A stretch of DNA of 31,371 bases from Octopus sinensis (lineage: Eukaryota). The notes under the pieces are model-generated. The model saw only the letters and a program-made list of their open reading frames with translations. It did no database searches and had not been told where the DNA came from. This document shows, piece after piece, positions 1 to 10,771 of the stretch (the stretch's first letter is position 1; every line of letters starts with the position of its first letter). The stretch covers positions 1 through 31,371 of the forward strand of contig NW_021832290.1 of the NCBI RefSeq assembly GCF_006345805.1. The letters are read 5' to 3'. The position numbers and the translations under genes are program-made.

Positions 1-35
1 CACAAAACAACAACAAAAAAACAACAAACAATAAC

Positions 36-66
<31 letters not shown>

Positions 67-490
67 CTTCTTCTCCTTATTATTATTGTTGTTGTTATTG
101 TTCTCCGTCATTATCCTAATCGTTCTTGATGCATTTATTGTTTTGTATTGTATTGTTTTGTGATCATCATCAATGATAACGATGACGACGACGACGACCG
201 ACAATGATGATGATGATGATGATGATGACGATTATGATGGCGATCCATCGTCAAGGTAATTATAATTGACATTACCACCGATTGTGTTCCGGGCAGTAAT
301 GGTAAAACACAAGCAATTTCTTTCTTTCTTTCTTTTTTTTCTCTCTATCCTTCTTTCTTTCTTCTTTCTTCTTTCTTTCTTTCTTCTTTCTTTCTCTCTA
401 TCTTCTTTTTCTCTTTCTTTCTTTCTTTCTTTTTCTTCTCTCTATTTATTTCTTTCATTTCTTTCTTTTTCTTTCTTTCTTTTTTGTTTT
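1..490. repeat. Compound (AAT)/(GTT)/(GAT)/(GAC) and (CTTT)/(CT) microsatellites
   Basis: Direct reading of the tandem units. Confidence 0.9.
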
Positions 491-1433
491 TGCCGCCAGA
501 GTCAAAACGCAATAACAAAGATTCGAATCCTCCCCTCGCTTCTCTAATCCATCTCAACAAAGCTCCGGCTCTCACAATCGAGATTGCTACACGATATAGA
601 TGAGCACAAGTGGGCTGTCTTTACATTCACACCCAATTACACGCACAATAGACGTCTATTCAGAGAGCTTCAACGACAAGTTGACACACAGATTCTCTTT
701 TCTCACGTCTCAAGGAGTAATTTGTATAGCGAAGAGGGAGGATGTGGTGGTGATCGAGAAAGAATAAGCGAGTGAGAATGTGAGTGAATGAGTGAGTGAG
801 TGAGTGAGTGAGGGTGAAAGAGTGAGTGAATGAATAAGAGAGGTGAAGTGATATGTGTCGCTTCGTGGAGTCTGCATCTTGCAAGATGGCTTTTTTCGTT
901 GATAAGATCATTCTGTTAGTATTTTTTGTTACGCTCTTTCCCTGCTTCCTCTCTCTCTAACTGTCTCTCTCCTTCTTTCTTGTTTCCACCATCACCACCG
1001 CCGCCGCCGCCGCCGCCACCACCACCACCACCACCACCACCACCACCACACTAATATATACTAACCACCTCTCTCCCCTATAACAATTATCACCATCCAT
1101 CCATCCATCTATCCCTCCCTCCCCCCTCCCTCCCTCCCTCCATCTATCTATTCATCCATCCATCCATCCATCCATCTATCCATCCATCCTCCCCCCCGCC
1201 AAACACTCACAACCGATATTTTTGACCGCTGTCGCCTTTTGATATCCACAGCAGGGAACGGATGTCTATTTGGGTTTTATTTGATTCTTTCAATGTTTGA
1301 CAACAAAGACGAGCCCTGTCAAATCATTGGCCCTTGACAACCTGCTGATTTCACGGAAACCGCTGACATTTATCTCTTCAGTTTATTTTTTTTTGAGATT
1401 ATAAATAATAATAATAATAATAATATTATAATT

Positions 1434-1473
<40 letters not shown>

Positions 1474-1678
1474 ATGTTGATTGTGTTGTTGTTGTTTGTG
1501 TTTCTGTTGTTGTTGTTATGTTGTTTGTTGTTGATGTTGTTTATTGATAATTGCTTTAATTATTTTTCGAGTATGCAACGTTAGATAAAACGCAAATATG
1601 AAATATGAGATAAAAAAAAAAAAGCTATCACAAAACAAAATGTGATGTAGAAAATATAATATCATATACATAATACAT

Positions 1679-1684
<6 letters not shown>

Positions 1685-1732
<48 letters not shown>

Positions 1733-1790
1733 GAGAGGAGAGAGAGAGAGAGAGAGAGGCAATTACGTACATTACATACATCTTATATAT

Positions 1791-1829
<39 letters not shown>

Positions 1830-1883
1830 ATATATATATATATAATATACTGTATGTGTATGTATATATGTATTGTGTTAATA

Positions 1884-1931
<48 letters not shown>

Positions 1932-2135
1932 GTGTATATATATATATATATATATAAAGTGTGGTATATATATTATTATTATATATATATATATATATAT
2001 AAAGTGTATGATATATATATATATATAAAGTGTGTGTATATATAGAATATATATATATATATATATATATAAAGTGTATGTATATATTATAATATATATA
2101 TTAAGGATATATATATATATATATAAAGTGTGTGG

Positions 2136-2185
<50 letters not shown>

Positions 2186-2225
2186 GTGTATGTATATAAT
2201 ATATATATATATATATATATCATAC
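1685..2225. repeat. (TA)n array with (GA)n and recurring AAAGTGT spacers
   Basis: Direct reading of the tandem units. Confidence 0.95.
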
Positions 2226-2723
2226 ACACATACATACACAAGCACACACATACGCTGCGTGCATATATATTGAAAAGGTTGACAGGTTAAGAGGTATCAC
2301 TCAACTAACGCGCCCGCGCGTACAGACACAGACACATACACACACAGACACACACAGACACACACAGGGTGTGTTGATTCTACCGGCTGTACCCAAGAAG
2401 GCTCTGCCTCGGGATTTCCCAAGGTACTTATGTTGTTCTTGTTGTTTAGCTGCAGGTCAGTTACGATGAAAAAAAAAAAGCATTGCATCCGTTCTTTTTA
2501 GAAATGTTAAGAATTACATTATCAGATATACTTTCGTCCTTCCCCACCCTTTTCTTTAATGCATTGTTTGAGTAATCTTTGGCTGTTATCCTTAGGACGT
2601 CGAGGAATCACGTACAGGCTCCTTGAATGACTTCGAAAATTATTTTAGGAGCTTTCACGAAGTTTCTGGCATTCAATTTTCTGTCATAAGAATTTGGTTG
2701 ACCAGAAGCTTCTCTAGGATGTG

Positions 2724-3316
2724 CAGGGTGATTCAAAAGTCGCCATATGTAGGAACAATTTATCTTTTTTTTATAAGAATAGTTTTTTTTTTATCTAACA
2801 GGCTCTATATGGTTACCATTGTTTTGAATACACATTGCAATACGTTTACCCCACTCATTGGGAACTCGTAATAGTACATCTCGTGACTGTGGAGGCGCAA
2901 TGGCTCAGTGGTTAGGGCAGCGGACTCGCGGTCGTAGGATCGCGGTTTCGATTCCCAGACCGGGCGTTGTGATGTGTTTATTGAACGAAAAAACACCTAA
3001 AGCTCCACGAGGCTTCGGCAGGGGATGGTGGTGATCCCTGCTGTACTCTTTCGCCACAACTCTCTCTCACTCTTACTTACTGTTTCTGTTGTACCTGTAT
3101 TTCAAAGGGCCGGCCTTGTCACTCTCTGTGTCATGCTGAATATCCCCGAGAACTACGTTAAGGGTACACGTGTCTGTGGAGTGCTCAGCCACTTACACGT
3201 TAATTTCACGAGCAGGCTGTTCCGTTGATTCGGATCAACTGAAACCCTCATCGTCGGAACCGACGGAGTGCTTCCACATCTCGTGATACGTGTGCAAAGG
3301 AGTTGGTGATGCGTTC
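2724..3316 (-). mobile_element. Tc1/mariner-superfamily transposon 3' end (transposase C-terminus plus TIR), split by a SINE
   Basis: Removing the SINE and one TSD copy gives an open frame ERITNSFAHVSRDVLLRVPNEWGKRIAMCIQNNGNHIEPVR* (stop 2793-2791), resembling Tc1/mariner-type C-termini (..C I xx N G x H x E). TIR-like CAGGGTGATTCAAAAGT starts at 2724. Confidence 0.65.
2887..3275 (+). mobile_element. tRNA-derived SINE, family A, full length
   Basis: A box TGGCTCAGTGG, B box GGTTTCGATTCC, 3' hairpin cgtcg-gaac-cgacg (3252-3265), 11-bp TSD acatctcgtga (2876-2886 / 3276-3286). Confidence 0.93.
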
Positions 3317-3381
3317 GCCCGGAATCGAACTCAGGACCTTACGGCCCTGAGCCGAGTACCCAACCCACTATTCCACGCGCC
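3317..3381 (-). mobile_element. Isolated tRNA-like SINE head
   Basis: Minus strand GGCGCGTGGAATAGTGG..GAGTTCGATTCCGGGC with A and B boxes, directly abutting the transposase remnant. Confidence 0.7.
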
Positions 3382-3824
3382 TTAGCAAAGAGTAACTTTA
3401 AGTTAAATAAGCAAAATTTTGGCATCGCCATAAACAAGTGCAATGTAAATAATGTATGTAAACATACGATACACATTACGCCACCTACGGTCACGCAGTG
3501 AACTACACTGGGGGTCACGGGAATTTTAAGGTTCCCCTCGTAATTTACAGGGCTTAAAGGAGGAACCAGGTTATCAATTTCTGGGAAATCGGTGCTGTAC
3601 CAGTATATATATTTTTGTACATCATTTTATGAAAACCTTTCATTCGACTTCATTAATGAAATAATATGCAGAAAAGTTCCTGGCTTTAAGGGTTTCGCTA
3701 AAGGCCTTGTTAGAGGCTCAACCTTCCGAGTTCTTTTATAGGTCTAAGAAAAATTAAGGAACCGCTGCAGTAAGTGTGTGAATCTGAGAGGGGAATATGT
3801 TGAATAAAACCACAATTAACCCAT

Positions 3825-4216
3825 GGGATGGAAGCACTCCGTCGGTTACGACGATGAGGGTTCCGGTTGATCCGATCAACGGAACAGCCTGCTCGTGAAA
3901 TTAACGTGTAAGTGGCTGAGCACTCCACAGACACGTGTACCCTTAACGTAGTTCTCGGGGATATTCAGCGTGACACAGAGAGTGACAAGGCCGGCCCTTT
4001 GAAATACAGGTACAACAGAAAACGGAAGTAAAGAGTGAGAGAAAGTGTGGTGAAAGAGTACAGCAGGGATCACCACCATCCCCTGCCGGAGCCTCGTGGA
4101 GCTTTTATGTGTTTTCGCTCAATAAACACTCACAACGCCCGGTCTGGGAATCGAAACCGCGATCCTATGACCGCGAGTCCGCTGCCCTAACCACTGGGCC
4201 ATTGCGCCTCCACTAT
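3825..4216 (-). mobile_element. SINE family A, full length
   Basis: Reverse complement of 2887-3275; 11-bp TSD aattaacccat (3814-3824 / 4217-4227). Confidence 0.93.
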
Positions 4217-4218
4217 AA

Positions 4219-4371
4219 TTAACCCATATTAACCCACTGACTTCGTTTGAGGACAGCTGTATTTAGTTTATTTACTGCAATAAAGGTTAACCTTTCCGTA
4301 TGTTTGTTATCCCTATTTATATAACTATCTTCAAAAGTTCGACAGGGTTAACCTGGGTTAAAATGGGTTAA
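4219..4371. mobile_element. Small TTAA-bounded (piggyBac-like) MITE
   Basis: Left end ttaacccatattaaccca; the right end reverse-complements to ttaacccattttaaccca. Confidence 0.45.
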
Positions 4372-4899
4372 CTGATCCTCCTGTAGTTTCTTATACCTCA
4401 AAACCAGGAATAGTTAATTTATAATTCTCTACATATTAGATGGAAAGCCAACAATTTATCATTTGTGATATGTTTTGTGTATTGAGGTCTATTTGTTTGA
4501 TTAGACCAATGTTTTGCAACCGGAGTCTATATGACCTCTTGGCGGGGGAAACATATAAAATTGGGGTGGTGCATATAAAATTTGGTGGGGGAGGTACATG
4601 CAAGCAAAGCGGTAAATTGGTGATCCATGAAGCGAGCTTCTTAGCCAAATAACCTGAGCGTAATTATGTTCAAAGAGAATTGTTAAAATCGATTAGGTCA
4701 GACTCGTATATAACTGGTTCAAGTTTCATCGGTCGAACCTGGAGTGATAAAATATAATGTCGAAACTGTTCGGATTTGAACTCGGAATTAAGAGAGATAG
4801 AACTAAAAACCACGTCTCATTCACCTACAACACCTTCGATATATACAGTATCGATTTTTAGAGGTATTGTGTACGATCGATCGACTCTACCCAAACACC

Positions 4900-5905
4900 A
4901 AGATCATCATTCATTCATCATCATCATCATCATTCATCATCATCATCATCATCAACAACCCTTGGATATTACAGTCTCGAGGCTTAGAACTTATAAGGCT
5001 GGTTATTCAATTCCAATGGCGTGTAAGGGATCGAGATCAGAACAATTCCCTTGAACGGGACGCGAAAATTTTTTCCCACGAGAGTTCCGGATCCCAGTAA
5101 TCAACTCGCTTGCGTGCAGCCAATCAGAGCAGAGCCATCATTATCCTTTCTAGTCAGCACCGTGCATTCCTTACTCTTTCCCTCTCTGCTTGCAGACAGC
5201 AACTTCTCCGTCCTCTAACTACCTGTCGGGCAAACGAATAAATATATGTAAATAATATTTCTTCCTTCTTGGTATTGATTTTTCGATGTTCACTGGTTAC
5301 TCCGAAGTTGGCACATATGATACACTTGCCCAAACTGAATTACTGGAGTTATTTCATTTTTTCCAGAAAATGTTTAAAAAAAGTTATAGAGGTTAATTAT
5401 GTTTGATTCTGTTTCCTGACTGGGTGAAAATGATCAAACTTTAAACCTCTATAACTTTTTAAAAACATTTTTCTGGTAAAAAATGAAATAACTCCAGTAA
5501 TTCGGTTTGGGCCAGTGTATTATTGTGCCAACGTCAGAGTAAGCAGTGAACACCGAAGGATCAACACCAAGAAGGAAGAAATATTATTTACATATATTTA
5601 TTCGTTTGCCCGACAGGTAGTTAGAGGAAAGAAAAGTTGCTGTCTGCAAGCTGAGAGGCAAAGAGTAAGGAATGCACGGTGCTGACTGGAAAGGAAGAAA
5701 GGATAAAGGCGGCTCTGCTCTGATTGGTTATATGCAAATGAGTTCATTACCGGGGTCTGGAACTGTCGTGGGAAAAAAATTCGCGAACGGGATGCCAGTC
5801 TGCTACAGATTTACTCATTTACAGCCGAATGAATTGGAACAAAGCGCCGCTCGATCTAGAACTCGAAACCACCGTCTTGCAATCGTGAGTGCAATACTTT
5901 GACCT
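4900..5905 (-). mobile_element. Old tRNA/CORE-like SINE with (ATG)n tail, interrupted by the foldback element
   Basis: Degenerate tRNA head near 5905-5850, then ggctgtaaatgagta..gactggcatcccgttcaaggg once the foldback and one TSD are removed, ending in the (CAT)n tract near 4905-4950. Confidence 0.5.
5061..5785. mobile_element. Long foldback non-autonomous DNA transposon (MULE-like MITE)
   Basis: Arms ~5061-5407 and ~5433-5785 are reverse complements around a 25-nt spacer. Flanked by the direct repeat aacggga (5054-5060 / 5786-5792), which can also be read as a 9-bp TSD gaacgggac/gaacgggat. Confidence 0.85.
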
Positions 5906-6724
5906 CATATTTCTGGTTCTTGTTTCAAGCGAACCTGGAGGAATATGTAAGATCAAATTCCGTGGAGCTTGATCTCAGAACACAACTAAATGACTGTAAT
6001 ATATCTAATCTCATGCTCTACTGTTCGTGCCTAATTCACCACTCTATCCCCCATTTACAATAACAACACGAACAATTACAGTAGTTGTAGCAGCAGCAGC
6101 AGCAGCAACAGCCGTTCAAGAATTTGGACCTGGAGTTCTCCATTTCCAGCGACTTCGAGGGTCACCTCCCAGTGGTGCCGGGCGTCAACGAAGAGCCCTC
6201 GACTACAACAAAACGACCAAAGTTTTTTTCCCCAAGGTCTGGGGTCTACCGCCCCTAAGCCCTAGACCATCACCTAATCACCCTTACCCGTCTTGTTGCT
6301 TAACAACAGAAGCAGAAGCTGCGACAAAAACAATAACCACAATTCTTACGATGACGAGGAAGAGGATGAAAATGAAGGTGATAATGGGAATCAAAAATAT
6401 GAAGATGACGGTGGTGGTGGTGGTGATGATGATGACTTGGATAATACAGAAGGGAAAAATTGAAAGGAAAAAAAAAACAAAAAGAAAACAAGAACAATGA
6501 GTACAATTGCAACAGCAATAATAACAATATTAACAGCAATAAAGAAATAAGTAGATTAAAAAATATATAAGAAAAATGTAAACCGGAAAAAAATGAAGAC
6601 GTTCGCGCGATTGATATAAAAGAAAAAGCAGACTTGTTCAAAAACGGGAATAAATACCTACTTAAGCGCGCCACTGAAAAGATGTTGACAAGATGGAGAA
6701 TACGCTGATATTGATTTTTCTCAC

Positions 6725-6885
6725 CTCCCACATAAAAGAGTTATCATCATGAGTCTTGATTTCGCTAGTGTTGACAATACGTCCTTTAAACGGGCCAAAC
6801 CTTGTGCCTTTCGATATGACGGTATTCGTACAAAAGATACCGTAGTGTACCGCCCCTGCAAAGGTCGTCTGATAGATAGCAAGAC
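6725..6885 (-). CDS. PRDM14: PRDM14-like internal exon encoding the first half of the PR/SET domain
   Basis: Minus strand reads ttttgacag|GT CTT GCT..TGG GAG|gtgaga; 161 nt, phase 1 to phase 0. Translation (G)LAIYQTTFAGAVHYGIFCTNTVISKGTRFGPFKGRIVNTSEIKTHDDNSFMWE aligns by eye with vertebrate PRDM14 as I recall it (GLCLMQTVFGEVPHFGVFCSSFIAKGVRFGPFQGKVVNASEVKTYGDNSVMWE). Confidence 0.92.
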
Positions 6886-7475
6886 CTGTCAAAAGAGAAT
6901 GACACATCAGATTAGAAAATGAAATATTCTCCTTCGTTCATGCTGACATGTTATTTGATCAGGAATAAAAGGAAAGAAAAAAGAAAAAGAAAATTGTAGA
7001 CAAATCGATAACTAGCGTCGGCTAATAGAATCGCTTATGGAACGCCATTTTGGAGTGTTCTGTACGCTGTTGAGTATATCGACATGCGAGTTAATCATCT
7101 TTTAACTGTCTGTCAAGTGAATTGTATAATAATCTTTAGTGAAGTACATGAGAACGCCAATTGATTTACTCAGCTGCCATTTCACCCTGGCACAACAGCC
7201 AAGATGCTTCATTGCTGCAGCGCAAACGATAGCCAATTTCATAATTTTATTTAGCTGGTTCTTAATCTGTCTTCACATGAACTAGGCGGATTTTTTTACG
7301 GTAAGGTTAAAGAGACCGAATTTTCAGTTGCTATCACTAAACTTAACCGATCTCACCAATATGTAATATTTATTGATCAATAAGCGAAACATTTTCTGAA
7401 ATGGGTTACTATACACAATTCATAAGGTTAATTCAATTTGATGATTATGAACTCTTGTCAAATGCTGTTGTTATT

Positions 7476-7878
7476 TATTTTTAACTACCCACAAGGGGCT
7501 AAACACAAAGAGGACAGACAAACGGATTAAGTTAATTACATCGACCCCAGTGCGTAACTGGTACTTAATTTATCGCCCTCGGAAGGATGAAAGGCAAAGT
7601 TGACTTCGGCGGAATTTGAACTGAGAACGTAGGCAGACGAAATACCTATTTCTTTACTACCCACAAGGAGCTAAACACAGAGAGGACAAACAAGGACAGA
7701 CAAATGGATTAAGTCGATTACATCGACCCCAGTGCGTAACTGGTACTTAATTTATCGACCCCGAAAGGATGAAAGGCAAAGTCGACCTTGGCGGAATTTG
7801 AACTCAGAACATAACGGCAGACGAAATACGGCTACGCATATCGCCCGGCGTGCTAACGATTCTGCCAGCTCGCCGCCT
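7476..7878 (-). mobile_element. SINE family B, head plus duplicated body
   Basis: GGCGGCGAGCTGGCAGAATCGTTAGC head, core gaggtcgactttgcctttcatcctttcggggtcgataaattaagtaccag present twice; 18-bp TSD tcaaatgctgttgttatt (7458-7475 / 7879-7896). Confidence 0.92.
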
Positions 7879-7896
7879 TCAAATGCTGTTGTTATT

Positions 7897-8100
7897 GGCG
7901 GGCTAGCAGAGTCGGAAAAAGAAATTGCCTTGTAATATTTATTTCAGTTCTTGACGATCTGAGTTCAAACTCATCGAGATCAACTTTGTCATTCATCCCT
8001 TACGAACCAATAAAACAAGTATCAATCAATTATTACTATCGAAGGTAGCGACTAACTTTCCCCTCTCAAAATTTCAAGCCTTGTATTGAAATCATAACTA
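7897..8100 (+). mobile_element. Degenerate SINE family B
   Basis: Diverged ctgagttcaaa..gagatcaactttgtcattcatcc core and aaaatttcaagccttgt tail. Confidence 0.6.
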
Positions 8101-8123
8101 TCACCATTGTGTTAATCCCAGTA

Positions 8124-8470
8124 AAGGGTAAAGACCCCCTTCGGTCATGAATGACCATGGGATGGCACCTAGAAAGTTACCCTCCTAGACACAAGTCCGG
8201 GCAAGGTTGTTTATGGAAGACCAGCAGTCGCCCATGCATACCAGCCTCCCCTCTCCACACCACTAGTGTTATCCAAGAGAAAGACAAAGGTCGATACAGC
8301 TTGGCACCAGTGACGTCGCAACTCATTTCTACAGCTGAGTGAACTGGAGCAACGTGAAATAAAGTGCCTTGCTCAAGAACACAACACGCAGCCCGGTCCG
8401 GGATTCGAGCTCACAACCTCACGATCGTAAGCTCGACGCTCTAACCACTGAGCCATGCGCCTTCACTTTA
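8124..8470 (-). mobile_element. tRNA-derived SINE with CORE-like central domain
   Basis: Head GGCGCATGGCTCAGTGG..TCGAATCCCGG, then ttcttgagcaaggcactttatttcacgttgctccagttcactcagctgtagaaatgag; 13-bp TSD gttaatcccagta (8111-8123 / 8471-8483). Confidence 0.88.
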
Positions 8471-8677
8471 GTTAATCCCAGTAGTTTCAATCTTATTGCA
8501 TGCTTGCACAACGTAGCCAAGTAAAATCATGAGTATGCTCTGTTTAATTTCTTCTTTTTGCTATCTTAACTTTTCTCTTTAATTTCCATAAGTGAATTCA
8601 TCAGCCATGTAACATGTATCAGCATAGGATAAGGACAGGATAAAGACCTTTCCCGAGTCAATATAGATTTATAAGAC

Positions 8678-9037
8678 GGCGGCGAGCTGGCAGAATCGTT
8701 AGCACGCCGGGCGAAATGCGTAGCCGTATTTCGCCTGCCGTTCTGAGTTCAAATTCCGCCGAGGTCAACTTTGCCTGTCATTCTTTCGGGGTCGATAAAT
8801 TAAGTACCAGTTATGTCTGTCCTTGTTTGTCCTCTCTATGTTTAGCTCCTTGTGGATAGTAAAGAAATTGGTATTTCGTCTGCCGTTACGTTCTGAGTTC
8901 AAATTCCGCCGAGGTTGACTTTGCCTTTCGTCCTTTCAGGAACGATAAATTAAATACCAGTAGAACACTGGGGTCAATGTAACCGACTATCTTCCACCCC
9001 TGAAATTTCAGGCCTTGTGGCTTTAGTAGAAATGATT
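8678..9037 (+). mobile_element. SINE family B, duplicated body with two different tails
   Basis: Head plus core plus tail 1 (gtgtttagc..gtagtaaagaaat), then a second core ending in tail 2 (aaatttcaggccttgt..agtagaaa). Confidence 0.88.
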
Positions 9038-9275
9038 CTTACAGAAAACTATAGACGTAGAAAGGGAATAACCAGCCAACATATGTAGCTCTTTATTTTA
9101 TGATTAAGATTAGATTTACTGATCAATTTTGTTCTCAGTATTCGATTTACGTATCGATTTCCTTATGAAAATTCAATTCATAAATTGCTTTATTGATTTA
9201 CAAAGACAAAGACAAAATTTGCTTGGTCCCTCGCTCCGTCTCTGTAACTCATCCTCTTTCTCTAATCCTCATTCG

Positions 9276-9323
<48 letters not shown>

Positions 9324-10155
9324 TACACTCTCTCTTGCACATTCACTTTCTCTCTTTCCCATTGACTCTCTCTGTGTTTCACTTGCACTCTCTTTCACAT
9401 TCTCTCTCTCCCCACATACACACACACACGCGCACGCACACACACACACACACACACGCGCGCGCGCACACACACACACATGTTGAAACGCAAACACAGA
9501 TAACACCGTACACACATACACACGTTTCCAGAAACACAGACGCACATACCCACACGTACCTTCACTCTTCTCCATCATCTCTCTCTCTCTCTTTCTCAAA
9601 CATACATAAAACAAATAAATTAGCAGAAAAAAGCAGAAAAAAAGAAAGAAAACAAATGAATTGCATTCCAAATGTGTCCCCAATAAAATAATTTTTGTAA
9701 AAACGTAATCACCCAAGAGTCAAAAAGAAATGTAGGAGTGGCTGTCGAAACCGGACGTGGTTCCTCCTGATGATGTCTTGAGCTAACTGGATCCTATAAA
9801 GGAGCTGTTGTGGTAGCAGACCACGAAACTTGGTTGTAATTCCTCCTATATATATATAGGAAGGAAAGTTTCTTGTCGAAGATACGTCTCGCTTTTATCC
9901 TTCGAAACGTAGAGTAGATGAAACCTTTAGCGACTGAAGAAGGTTTTTTTCTTTGTGTTAATTGTCCTGTACTCTATTTTTTTGCTGTTTTTAAAAAAAT
10001 GTCCAGTTCCTTTGGTTTGTGTCTATGTTTTCGTTTCTCATTGTGTTCGACGTCCTTTTGGTGTCCTGTACTCATATATGCGTGTATATGTACATGTAGA
10101 GGTAGGTACGTACATATATGTTTATATATATGCATATGTTTTATTTTATTTATTA

Positions 10156-10205
<50 letters not shown>

Positions 10206-10211
10206 TATCCA

Positions 10212-10456
10212 TGTGTGTGTGTGTATGTTGTGTGTGTGTATGTTTGTGTGTCTGTGTTTGTCCGCCCAACATCGCTTGACAACCGATGCTGGTGTGTTTA
10301 CGTCTCCGTAACTTAGCGGTTCGGCAAAAAGAAACCGATAGAATAAATACTAGGCTTACAAAAGAATAAGTCCTGGGGTCGATTTGCTCGACCAAAGGCG
10401 GTGCGTCAGCATGGCCACAGTCAAATTACTGAAACAAGTAAAAGAGTTAAAGAGTA
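10212..10456 (+). mobile_element. SINE family C, 3' half
   Basis: tttgtgtgtctgtgtttgtcc..gcttgacaaccgatgctgg..cagtcaaattactgaaacaagtaaaagag, as in the full copies at 25817 and 29822. Confidence 0.88.
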
Positions 10457-10771
10457 ACACACAGTAGATAAACTATCCGGCTTTAATCCTCTATTATCTC
10501 GATCAGATTTACTAGCTTATAAAACATTTCGGTTACTAAACAATACAATTTAAAAAAAGATTTTATTAAATATTTCATTAGACAAAGATTGTGGTGTTAT
10601 GTGAAGTTTATATTCTTGAAAATTATTAAATATCACGTACAAATCTTATGGATTCATTTTTATATTCTTGTGGAATCTATTCAGAATCTATATAGCGTTG
10701 TATATAGTTCAGTGAAAAATTAATCAGATTGAGAGAGATAAATTATTATAGTTTTCAAAAAGATGACGAAT

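Noticed and set aside
1201-1345. Possible next PRDM14 exon ending at a GTGAGT donor near 1210
   Set aside because: Frames from the candidate acceptors hit TGA and none resembles IFEDG..FIDG..NWM; treated as non-coding.
2887-2965. tRNA genes at the SINE heads
   Set aside because: A and B boxes are present but each continues into a SINE body with TSDs; no complete cloverleaf.
3490-3600. Possible hAT-like MITE end (minus strand cagcaccgatttcccag)
   Set aside because: No matching second terminus or TSD found.
6099-6258. Plus-strand frame QQQQQQQPFKNLDLEFSISSDFEGHLPVVPGVNEEP..VYRP* after a tag|cag
   Set aside because: No polypyrimidine tract, no recognisable domain, antisense to PRDM14 and flanked by simple repeats; more likely a repeat fragment. 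A BLAST search would settle it.
9745-9945. Hammerhead-like words CTGATGA (9767), GAAAC (9825), GAAACGT (9904) and CTGAAGA (9934) in a segment wedged between a 14-nt SINE C head and a SINE C 3' half
   Set aside because: I could not build consistent stems I-III in any topology. It may be a decayed Penelope-like fragment but is not supportable as a ribozyme.
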